Shown here: positions 1 to 15,584 of the stretch, piece by piece
Numbering within the stretch: the first letter of the stretch is position 1
How the letters are laid out: each line of letters starts with the position of its first letter
NCBI GenBank assembly: GCA_040954595.2
Contig: CM082582.2
Location: forward strand, 8,514,425 to 8,578,424
Length of the DNA stretch: 64,000 nucleotides
Reading direction: 5' to 3'
Origin: Balanoglossus misakiensis
Taxonomy: Eukaryota > Animalia > Hemichordata
Notes under the pieces: generated by a model
Database searches by the model: none
The model's input: the letters and a program-made list of their open reading frames with translations, nothing else
What the model was told of the DNA's origin: nothing
Made by a program: the position numbers and the translations under genes

Positions 1-2199
<2,199 letters not shown>

Positions 2200-3224
2200 A
2201 GATTATACATTATTGCCTTTCGTGTCAAAAAGCAACTTTGTTTACTTGGTCTGGAGTGGAACAACGCCATATCTTGTTAGGCCTACAGTACAGAAACAAG
2301 AAAAGTTGGATAACATTCGCTCATGGTTGTAGATAGTTAAATTTTCAGAGTATAAGTCTTTATAAGACGGATGGAATCTTAAATTTTACGGGTTCATTCG
2401 GCAACACATTATATTCCAATAATTTCAAAATGTTACTGTTTTAAAAAAAATTATAGTCTGTATAGCGACAGCTGTAATGTAAACCACTCTGGATATTGGT
2501 ATGTACCATATATTATATATGTAAACTATAGATGATGTTTTATTTCACCCTGACTTTTTTTTCTTGGTGAGAGTGCTCGGAGTGCTCAGTGGTTATCGGT
2601 GGGGGTAAAAACAAAGTTAGTTCTCAACTATGGTGTGTGGAGGCGCTCTGAAAGAGTGCGTCACACATGTATTTTATGAGGAATGGATTCCTGGAAGAGC
2701 TTGTATTGTGGCTCTTCCAGGAACCCAGATAGGTAACTGGGTTACCAAACATTTGTGATAAAGCACCGTTCAGCCCTTCCTTGACCTGAAGTCAGTGTTA
2801 ATCTTGAAATCAATGGCTCCTTTGTTGTCACCAAAGAATTATACGTACTATATAGGACCATTGAAACAATTTCATTGCGTAGAAAGGTACGCAAACTTAA
2901 ATCCGGTTCATTGACCTGATATGACAGTCTGGAAAGCGATGGGTCCTTTTGAGAGAAACACACTACATCGAAATTCTAAAACAATGACGGCTTTCTGTAT
3001 ACTGTACATCCAGTTAAATAAAAACAGACGCGTATTAAAATAATTCTGTGGGAAGTAGTCTGGGAGCATATTGCAGAATGGTGTCCTGATCAGAAGGGGC
3101 ATCCACTTTCTTTTCTAACTGGGCGCACGCGGTAATTCAAACAGGACAGCGATTTTCGTGGTATTCAGCTGTGTAAAGGTGTTGCCACGCCTGTTGTTTT
3201 TTTCGAATTCTTCTAAGTTTGTGA

Positions 3225-3235
3225 TGCGCATGCGT
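3225..3235. promoter_or_regulatory. NRF1-like site (TGCGCATGCGT) in the probable promoter of the 3768-6239 gene
   Basis: Motif lies in a CpG-richer stretch, followed by a candidate 5'UTR-exon donor GTGAGT at ~3289. Confidence 0.35.
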
Positions 3236-3767
3236 CACTGGGACATTTCCATACGTTATCCCTCGTTCATATACTTACATATCAGACAGTGAGTGTACTC
3301 GGCTGGGGTTAAAGAACGATTGGGGTCTGAAAATCCGTCCAGTTTTAAAACACCAGGAAGATAAAATGACGGCGGTACATCCTGAGGTATGGTAACAGAT
3401 ATCAGTTTTATCGCATGCTTCACGACTCGACTGAAAATCACATCCATCACGTGGGAAACAGGCAAATCCGAACAACTTTCACTTTGTACTGTATAGCCGC
3501 TGTGTCGACAGCAATGACATAATTGATGCATGAAATTGGCCGTTAAACAAGAGTGTTGATTCGGGCCCTAGTATTTCCTGCAAATTTAAGACGTATACTT
3601 GTACACCAATCCGTGGAATTCGTGATTATATCCCCAGTTTGGGGAAACCGCGCGTGCGGTCTGTAAGCTTGGGAGAAAGAAAGGATAGAGACACCAGGAT
3701 TTCCCATACACAGTGATTTGTTAAAACCTTACTATTGACTTTCATTTTACTGCAGCCTACCGGTGGC

Positions 3768-6239
3768 ATGGAAGAGACGAAATATGTGGATGGTGCTGGG
3801 GGGATATGGGCAAATGAGAGTTCCGATATAGAAAGCATCATCGGCGACGAGCTGGACAAACCGGCAGCCCCGGTCGTCACCAATCAACCCCGCCCTACCA
3901 CAAGCAACGAAGCCCCTCCAACCACCAGCAACCACCAGGACCCTCCTCCTAATAACACCACCACCACCACGGAGCAGCCTCCCCCCGCCTACTCGCCGTC
4001 CCAGGGGCTACAATACCGCCCCGGCGCGGCTGTGCCGCTGCAGCCGATGCAGCGGGGACAGGCGGGGGTGCCACAGCAGGCCGTCGTCACCCAGCCGGTC
4101 GTCTTTGACGCCGCGGGGACCTTGCTGGTTCAGCAGGTGACCAACGCCCATAAAAGTCACAAGCGACTCGCCGGAGTGCTGTATGAAAATGCACAATCTA
4201 TCCACCAGACGACAACGCAACAGTATCGCGCCCACCATGACAACATGACTTACGAACAAATATTAGCATGTAAGTACTAGTATACTGGCTTATTACAGGG
4301 ACTAGAGAGTCGACTTGCGTCGCTTTATTTCGTTAGTGCTGATTAACCCTGTGCTTTTTATACATATATTTTCTACCAAAAGGGAAATGTCGTCTTGAAT
4401 CAGACTATACCGGCAAGACGATGGAACGTTGAGTAAAACATTGCCTTTTCCCACCATAGTTTTTTTTTATATTGAAAAAAAAACATAGACCTTCTTGGGA
4501 TAGGCCTAAAGGCCAGGGTTAACACAAACATCAGCGCATGTCGATGTTGAACTGTCACTTTAGTGAGATTCAAAGATTTGTATAACTTATCAAAAAGAGA
4601 CAGAGAAGGTAGGCTAAAATGATTTCCGAACGCAGCTACACAGGGAGGGCGAATTTCCACCCTGGAGTGCGTTGTCTCCTTTCTAAGTTGGCGTTGGCAG
4701 TTTTCTGCGGAAAACGGAAGTACAGAGATAAAATTTCATTCTGAGGTGTACACCATTCGGCGTGGCGTCGCACTGCCACGGGGGTAACCAAGGCGATCAC
4801 TGGATAACAATGGTGGGCATTCTTTGGCCTGTCAGCTTTAATGGACGTGTAGTGCATGTCTGAGTGTGTTTGTCAAGCTTGTCAGTCGTAAAGACAGTAC
4901 AGACCACAGTGACAGTGCTCTCCCATAGAGCACTGTTGCCAGGACAACAAATAAGGATCTCTGCGTCGCCCTAATTTGAACTCTCCTTTCGTTTTTTTCT
5001 TCCCCAGCTCAACTATTCGAAGGCGAACAGCTTCTGCTGGGCGGACAGTACATATACTACACCGGCGTCGTGTTTCTCGACGAACACGCTGCTGTGTTTT
5101 CCGAGAAGCCGCCAATGACGCGGGGAAGGGCGTTCCTGACAACCAAGAGAATGTTGCTCTTGTCGGCAGAAGAGGCGTCGGGTAAGTAAGGCGTGACTAT
5201 ATGGCGACAAAAACTCGCACAGCCGATAGAAACTTTCCTCGAAGACTTTGAAATCTAGCTGGTGGCTGATTTGAGATATGGTTAAAAGGGCGTCTCTAAG
5301 TGTGCGAATGGCCATGCGGTGGCGCATTTTTTTTTTCGCGTGTGCCACCCACTGAAAATCTGTGATTGGCTAGATTTGAATTTTCCACAGAGGTGAGCGT
5401 ATACACGTATATACCTTTCACGTATCTTATGTTTTTGGTCAATAGCAACAACACTCAGCAAACCAGACGCCACCAAACGAAAATCCGACGTCTATCAAGT
5501 TTCCGTCTCGTGGGGGGACAGCATGTACCTGCAGAGCATTCCCATGGAGGGGTTTCGCAGCGTCGACCTGAGAGTGGCCATAGGGGTGACCAGCTCCGGA
5601 AACGTGCGGGGTGAAAAACCACCGTGCTCTCAGTTTTGGGGTTGTATATGCTGCTGCTTCAAGCCATGCTGCTCGTGTTGTGAGGTATGGAGAATCACGC
5701 GGGCAATAGACTGACCCAGCTTTTAAAACACGCGCGTTTTTGTAAATGCAAACAGACATACTTTTCGCTGGGGGATCCAATCCAGAACGGTATTTAGCGC
5801 TCATCACTAATGCCCAGTTTAAAATTTGCAGTATAATATTTTCACGACTTCGTTTCATCTATGATTATTGCAGAAGAGATCTGTACTGGATGACACAATG
5901 ACCATTATTTACCATTTAACACTAAAAGTACTACATTATCCCCCCATTGGAAGTAAAAATAACTTTTGTCCTTTTCGTCGGCAGATTGAGTGTTGCATGA
6001 AGCAGTGGAGTAGAGACTGCCCGATCTCACAGAGCCTCAACGAGCGCCACGTTACCATAGGAACGCTGATGCCACCGTGGGGGAGACGGATGATGGTCCG
6101 GATCCACTTCGACCCGTCGATGCGTTTGTTGTTCATCAACGACTTCTTGGTCGAGATGCAGCGCCACGCCCCTAATTTGAATAAACTAGACCTGGCCCCA
6201 GTGCAGTTTCTGCCATGCCAGTCAGTGCCGCGGCAGTGA
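3768..6239 (+). CDS. Uncharacterised 389-aa protein: Pro/Thr/Gln-rich N-terminus with PPAY motif, PH/GRAM-like region, Cys-rich segment
   Basis: Four phase-compatible GT-AG exons: 3768-4269, 5008-5181 (QLFEGEQLLLGG..RGRAFLTTKRMLLLS), 5446-5684 (..MYLQSIPMEGFRSVDL..CSQFWGCICCCFKPCCSCCE), 5985-6239 (IECCMKQW..WGRRMMVRIHFDP..PRQ*). Total 1170 nt, open throughout. An acceptor at 3755 precedes the ATG. AATAAA at 6561 and 6701. Confidence 0.8.
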
Positions 6240-6820
6240 GCTTTCTTCTGTGTCATAAAACGTCTATGATCGTTTGCAATTTACATATACCCACGTATAT
6301 AACCATTTGGTGACACTTTCGTTTCCCTTGGCCCCAAAAGAAACTCTGCGATTGGCAGATGATATCTGTGTCCAGATTTATACAATCATTTACTGTGAGC
6401 CTTTAATACACATTGTACTTGTATACCGTCTGTCTTGGGACCAGTAATTGTGATTCAAGGATTGTTTTCATGTATTATTTTAGTCTTACTGTTTTGTGCA
6501 AATCCGTCCAGTGATACGTTAACACAAAATACTATATATTTAGGAAAATTATTTGAAAAGAATAAAAAGAAAGAACGCCAAAGCTTATGTCGCGACAGAA
6601 AATAACACGAATGACTGAAATCAATCAATCAATCGACCAGTCAGTCAATCAGAATTCTGCACATGGAATGTACTTTATACTTCTATTATATGTGTGTGTC
6701 AATAAACGAATATTATTCTTGTCAAAACACAGTTGTATGGTTATAAAATTGTCCTATAGATGTGCCTATAGTGACCTATCTTTGAATGGATTGGAGAATG
6801 TTAACATTACCACTTTTGCC

Positions 6821-8530
6821 TTAATGTGAAAATTTTAATCGCTTTCGGCGAGTTGAACTGTCTTTTTGATGTCCTCTTTTTCGTTTTTGTGTGTTCGTTT
6901 CGTTCACCTGGGTACTCAGCGAAGCGAGTTCGTACATGGTCAGAATGGATTCCTCGGCCTGATTGGCTGCCTGTTGCCATGGCGGCAGATTATCTGCTGA
7001 TTTGCTCGCCGATGCCGTCTCGTGGCCGTAACTGACGCTGTGTGGTGGGTCGTGCGACACTGTTATGTATCCACGCGATTGGAGGAGGCGAACCAACTTG
7101 ACCGGTGTTGTGGCGTTGTGTCGACGAGGCTGGACGCAGGCGTTCACTACTTTCTGTCGAATCGCATCTGCGGATACTCTTACTTTGAGTTGCTTGGTTT
7201 TGTGATTATTCAAACGTCCGTCGAAGTTCACTATGTCTTGGAGATCGCTTATTTCTTCCACGGTAGAACAGGTTTCGCCGCCTGCCTCAATGATCTGATT
7301 CAACCACTCAATAAGTTCTTGCACTATCTTTAAGTTTTCGGATGGTTTCGTTGGGACGGGACACGCGTTCGCTCGTTGGCAAGCACTGGTGACCCTCTTC
7401 CAAAAGTCGGCACAGAAATCTTTGCCCTTTGCCTCTTCATCTTTCAGTTCTGGCTGGTGTCTCGTCGTGCATCCAACTTTTCGCCTGGTCCACTTGTTGT
7501 GACTTTGCGGTGTGGTTCCATCGCCATTGGAATGGTTTTGCGGGGAGAACCCGAACAGGCCTTCGGGGGACATGTCAAGTTTATCGAAACCTGTCTCGAC
7601 GCCGATGTATAAAAGCTGCGAGTTCGCAATTCCGCGTCCCCGTTTACGCTTCGTCGTCTTTCCATAGCTTTTCAAGAGAGGGTGACGGACGACTCTTTCA
7701 AGTTCTGCCAGGCAGACTAATTTACAGGCCGGAGCGATGGCGTTGCAAAGCGAATTCACCGACTTCGGTTTGCTGTCGCCAAACTTCTCGAGCAAAATCA
7801 GTGCGTAGACCTCAGACGCGGTCACGTCAGAAGACAAATATTCTCGATAGCTTTCATTGTATTCTATTCGTTCACTTATCGATCCGTGGTCTCTGTCTTC
7901 GGACGGTTTCGGTAGCATCTGGTCGCGCAGTGCATCGATTGTTTCCTGCGGCGGCAGGTGATATGCGACAATTTCGCCGCCACCCGCAATCTCGACAAAG
8001 CCGTGTTGTTGAAGGAGTCTTGAGATGCTTTCCGGGTCTTCATCAACGAGGACGAAACACTTCTCTAGTAGACATTTTTGCAAAACAGATTTCGGACCCG
8101 ACGGCTTAGAATTCAGCAGTGTCGACAAACGACCAACCACCTGGTCAGTGACGTATTCTTGTTGTTCGGGGAGGAGATCGCATTGCCTGACGAAGCCACG
8201 GTTGCAGCGCTGTACTACCCGCTCGCCAATCGACTCCAGGGACTTCTTGAATTCCCCGTCGCCGAGTGACAAGTAGTGAATTTTCTTGAACGGCACCCAG
8301 AGTGTCGGTATGTAGCCCACAGTGTGGTTCATCGCTCTCAGCACGCCCGCTGGGTTGGCGTAACTTACCGTGTTGCCGAATGGTTTCAAGAAGTTGAGCA
8401 ACTTTTGCAGGGTCTTTGGCCTGCTGTCGCCCATGCTTTCCAACGCAGACATCGCCTTAGCGACAACAAACGCATCGGCGTTTAATGCCGATAGTTCGGG
8501 TTTGCGTGAGCAAGGACGAGAATAAGCCAT
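6821..8530 (-). CDS. Uncharacterised ~569-aa single-exon protein with two-fold internal repeat (winged-helix-like) and C-terminal basic NLS-like tail
   Basis: 1.8-kb open frame in intron-rich, AT-rich DNA; first ATG at 8530. Repeated motifs LESMGDSRPKTLQKLLNFL / LEKFGDSKPKSVNSLCNAI and RLLQQHGFVEI..VAY / RLLQSRGYITV..VSY. Tail KRKRGHQKDSSTRRKRLKF. The start may extend through a mini-exon MAQENS (8657-8640, GTAAGT donor). Confidence 0.8.
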   Translation of the reverse strand: MAYSRPCSRKPELSALNADAFVVAKAMSALESMGDSRPKTLQKLLNFLKPFGNTVSYANPAGVLRAMNHTVGYIPTLWVPFKKIHYLSLGDGEFKKSLESIGERVVQRCNRGFVRQCDLLPEQQEYVTDQVVGRLSTLLNSKPSGPKSVLQKCLLEKCFVLVDEDPESISRLLQQHGFVEIAGGGEIVAYHLPPQETIDALRDQMLPKPSEDRDHGSISERIEYNESYREYLSSDVTASEVYALILLEKFGDSKPKSVNSLCNAIAPACKLVCLAELERVVRHPLLKSYGKTTKRKRGRGIANSQLLYIGVETGFDKLDMSPEGLFGFSPQNHSNGDGTTPQSHNKWTRRKVGCTTRHQPELKDEEAKGKDFCADFWKRVTSACQRANACPVPTKPSENLKIVQELIEWLNQIIEAGGETCSTVEEISDLQDIVNFDGRLNNHKTKQLKVRVSADAIRQKVVNACVQPRRHNATTPVKLVRLLQSRGYITVSHDPPHSVSYGHETASASKSADNLPPWQQAANQAEESILTMYELASLSTQVNETNTQKRKRGHQKDSSTRRKRLKFSH

Positions 8531-8690
8531 CCTTATCCAACGGTGATTAAACGGAAATGTAAACTGCCTGGTCAGCAGCTCCGTTTTACTTTCAACGTTT
8601 GCTGAAACGGCAGATTTTTTTGCTGAAATCGGCACTTACCGAGTTTTCCTGCGCCATTGCACTGAGAGCGCCCTCTCACGATAAATGTTG

Positions 8691-8698
8691 ACTTCCGG
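8691..8698 (-). promoter_or_regulatory. ETS/GABP-type site CCGGAAGT upstream of the orphan gene
   Basis: ACTTCCGG on the + strand, ~35 nt upstream of the ATG at 8657. Confidence 0.4.
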
Positions 8699-9559
8699 GT
8701 GTCTTTACAAGTAACCTCGTTCTCGAACGGTGGTACATCTTATTACTTTCTACACGTATATGCGACGTTTACATTGAATTTCCTCAAAGGACTTTGGTTC
8801 AAGGATAATAAAGGAATAAATTGACGTTTGCTCGAGAGGGGTCTGTGGCATTTATTTTAAAAACGTGTGGGAGAAAAAGACTTGCCAGCTGTGCATGTTG
8901 TGATTTTGAACTTTTATTTCATTGTTGCTACAAAAAGCACAATACATCAAATACCTTGAAGTCGCCAAGATATACATGGTGATCATTTCAGGCTGTACAT
9001 TCCAGAAAAAACGTCTTTCCATTAAACAACTACCAAGAATTAACAGTACAGTGCAAATGTCATATGAAGACAAGTTTACACCTCTCACTAATATGGTTTG
9101 GTCCAAATCCATTGTTTTTTATGGTAAAGTTGGACCTCTACAGAGGAGAACAGGGATGAAACGGTTAAAGTAATGGGCCACAGAAAACACTGTGTCGTCT
9201 TTTCATGGATCCAAGGATTCAACGCTCTGACATTCAGGTGAAGCCTGTGCAGAGATAACAGAACAGCTTTCTTGAAAACAGCGCAATCAGCGTCTGAAAA
9301 ATCAGACGGATGCCTGGTCCTCCCAAGTTACTGTACTGTTCTCTGCACCGGTTGGCAGGAGCTAGAAACAAGCAAGTTTTGGCTCCTTGCTTTTCTATCA
9401 CTGAGCACCGGCTTAAAAATGTCTGTAGAGCCATGAATCCCTTGATCTCACTAGTTTTGTTTCATTCACCATGCTAAATAGTAACAGATGACACTGCTGT
9501 GCTGACAGTGACGCTACTGCTCATACAAAAGTAGTCAGGATGAATCCTTTCCAAATTTT

Positions 9560-12364
<2,805 letters not shown>

Positions 12365-15300
12365 ATGTCTCTAGCATTTGTACCGCAAAACCAACGAGGC
12401 AGGGCCAACTCGGCTTCGATACAAAAGGTAGGCCATTGTGTTTATGTTCAGAATCTTACATGTCTCCTCTCTGCATCGCAAGTCCTGGCACCTTGTGACG
12501 TGTACTTGCTATACAAAGATTTCGAGTAATATTCTAGCCTAGGCTGAGTTCAGAGTTCACCCCCAGAAAATCGCGTACATGGATACATGCAAGAAGCCAA
12601 CAAATGCAGAAAATTGGCGTTGTAGAACCATTCTGTCAATGTGTCACGGTTGCCTCTTCAAGCATTGATCGGAAGTGTTTGATCACACACTTTCTTTCAT
12701 TGTGCCACTCATACACTCATCAACAGGTCACTACTAAAACAGTTTGTCCAAAATGGGAATGGGAGTTGGTGGTAAGAATAAAGAAGCGAATTGAAATCAC
12801 AACTTATCGTTGGATTCTGCTCTTTGTTTCTTGTTTTTTGACAGATGTTGGATGAGAACAACCAGCTAATACAGACCATTTTGGATTATCAAAATAAAGG
12901 AAAGGCTGCGGAGTGTGCGCAGTAAGTGTATAATAATCGTACTGACTGTGTCAACTTAACTCTTGACTGTTTAGAGTTTAACTGCATTTCTTTAGCTCCT
13001 CTTAAATGCATTGCTGTAGAAAGGTTAATGAAAGTATAACTCATAGGGAAAATTTTGTAATGACGTTTTCTTTGCTATTTGTACGTTCTGTAGCTACCAG
13101 CAAATTTTACATCGGAATTTGGTTTACTTGGCAACAGTGGCAGACTCCAATTCTAATGTTCAACAGTTGCTTCCTGTAAGTATACTAATGTAACTCATCC
13201 TTGACTATCTTAGAATTTCAAAACATGTAACACAAATGAAGTGGTAGCTTTGATGAATAGTAAACATGATGTAATATTATATTGATACTGGATTTTACTG
13301 TGTTTGTGTGTAGCCACCATCTCAGTTTCAACAAAGCGGAGGCCAAAGCCAGCAACCAATGCAACCTCACCATCCTCCAAGTATGGGTCCGACAGGCAAT
13401 CAGCCACCAGGCTCTCAAGGGGCAATGGGGTACCCACAACAACAACAACAGCAACCACCACCACCTCCACAGCCCAGTCAACAGCCAGTAGACAACGGTA
13501 TGCATCCACAACAACAACAACAACCACATCACCAACAGCAGCCTCACCAGTCGCAGTCGTCGCAGCAGCAACCCCACCATCCGCAGCAGTATCAGCACCA
13601 CCAGTTCCAGCAGCAGTTCCAGCAACACATACAGCAGCAGCAGCAACAGCATCGCCAGTCTCCTCAGCAGCCGCAGCAGCTGCAACAACAACAACAGCAG
13701 CATCCGCAACAGCAGCCACCAACCCAGCAACAACAGTTTCAACAGCAGTTCCAGCAGCACGTTCAACAACAGCGTCAGCGCCAGTCACCTCAGCAACAGC
13801 AGCAGCCGTCGACGCCTCAGCAACCGGATGAAAAAGCGGAAAGCAAACCGGAACCAAATGAACCTCAACAGGAAGGCAGCCCAGCAGGGCAAGAACAGCT
13901 ACCGGATCAACCGCAGGACAACAAGGCCTCAAACCCTTCCGACCAACAACCCAGGACCCCGCAATCTCGGCCACAGCATCAGCCAACCCCGCCTCCGCCG
14001 TCCTCGCGGCAGGAGCAGCAGCAGCCACCGTCGCAGCAAATGCAGCAGCAGCAGCACCTCATGCAGCAGCAGCAACAGCAGAATCCGCCACAACCGCAGC
14101 AACAGTATCACCAGCAGCAATACAAACACCAGCAATCGCCACAACCGCATTACGGACAGGCACCACCACCAGCACCGCAGCAGCAGCAGCAACAACAACA
14201 ACAGCAACAACCTTACCAACAGGGACCAACCTCCATGCCGACCACGTCAACCCAAATACCAGGTAAGAGTTGCTGTCCTATCTTGAAGCAGTAAAAAAAC
14301 AGTCAGTTGATAAATAAATTTGCGCTTGGTGGACTTTTGCATGATGCGATCCAACACAACTAACAAAGACTAGTCAGCAGCCTGAATGTTTGGGTTCATA
14401 TGCGTATCATATGCGTTTGATGAGTGTTGAGTAGGAATGGATGTGTGCAGGTGCTATGTTTGAAAATTGTAACGTATACCTGTTGGTGTACATACATTTT
14501 ATACTCATCATTGCTTGAATCTGTATTGGTTGTATTTTCATCGACATCGACTTCATCCATTGCCTGTGTCATATAAGCTCATCTTGTTTGATTTGACCCT
14601 CATTAACCAGGGCCTGGTATGAACACACACCCCTCCATGTCACCTTCTAGCCAGATGAACATGCCACCGAACAGTCATGGTAACATTCCTCCATATAACT
14701 CACAACCATCTTCTCAAGGAATGCAAAACTACCCTCGATCCATGCCACAAGGTAATAACTAACATCAAGTATGGATGGAAAGTCTGGACAAAATAAGCCA
14801 ACTTTTGTTTATGTTTATGAGACCAGTAGCAGCAGGGACAGGATCAGAAATCTGTGTGGAGAGCGTTTAGCCATCATGTTTAATCCGGTGCATTCCTTTT
14901 TTGTGTTGCCCAGGACAAATGATATCGCAGCAACAAAATGTGGGAGGAATGAGCAGCCAAGCGCCGGTACCGGGCCAACAGTACAGCATGCAGCAGAGAT
15001 ACCAGCAACAACAACAACAACAGCAGCAGCAGCAACAACAACAGCAGCCGAGCGGGCAGATGATGAGCGCGCAGCAGATGATGCAGATCAGGCGGTCACC
15101 TCAACAGGGTATGTCATGTATCTGTTAGTAAAAGATGACTTACCCACTAATTAAAAGTTATACACCCCAGTGTAATATTTTTACACAGTGCCTATCTTAA
15201 ATAACATTTTCTGTGCATTATTTGATTGTCTCTGACCTAGGGGGTCAACAGTACCCAGCACAGCAGCAAGGCTATTCCCAGCAGCAGTACCCCAGTCAAC

Positions 15301-15584
15301 AGCAAGGCTACAGCCAACAGTCGCAGGCACCGCCGCAGCAGCAACCGCAGCCAGCCGCACCGCAGCCACAGCAGCCTGGCTACTCCCCGGCGACCCAGTA
15401 CAGCGCTGCCCAACAGGCCAACTATGCGGGATATCCGCAAACGCAGCAGCCGCAGCCGCAGCCGGGGGCACCGGCGCAGGCCCCGCAGCGGTACCACCCC
15501 TACAACCGACCGCAGCAGTCCCAGCCGAACCCGTACGGAGGCTCCTACAACCAGTCGCAGTACCCGCCGGCGTATCAGCAGTAG
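12365..15584 (+). CDS. SS18: SS18/SS18L1 (SYT/CREST) BAF-complex subunit, ~616 aa, SNH domain plus QPGY-rich region
   Basis: Exons 12365-12427 (MSLAFVPQ..IQK), 12845-12921 (MLDENNQLIQTILDYQNKGKAAECA), 13094-13175 (YQQILHRNLVYLATVADS), 13314-14262, 14611-14751, 14914-15108, 15241-15584 (..YPPAYQQ*). The SNH domain is clear and phases are consistent. AATAAA at 16726. Confidence 0.93.

Noticed and set aside
5391-5392. Apparent 2-nt microexon (CAG|AG|GTGAGC)
   Set aside because: It would frameshift an otherwise phase-consistent gene model, and it adjoins a repeat-like motif.
13210-14286. Ala/Val-, Leu- and Thr-rich ORFs overlapping SS18
   Set aside because: Alternative-frame and antisense shadows of CAG/CAA-rich codons.
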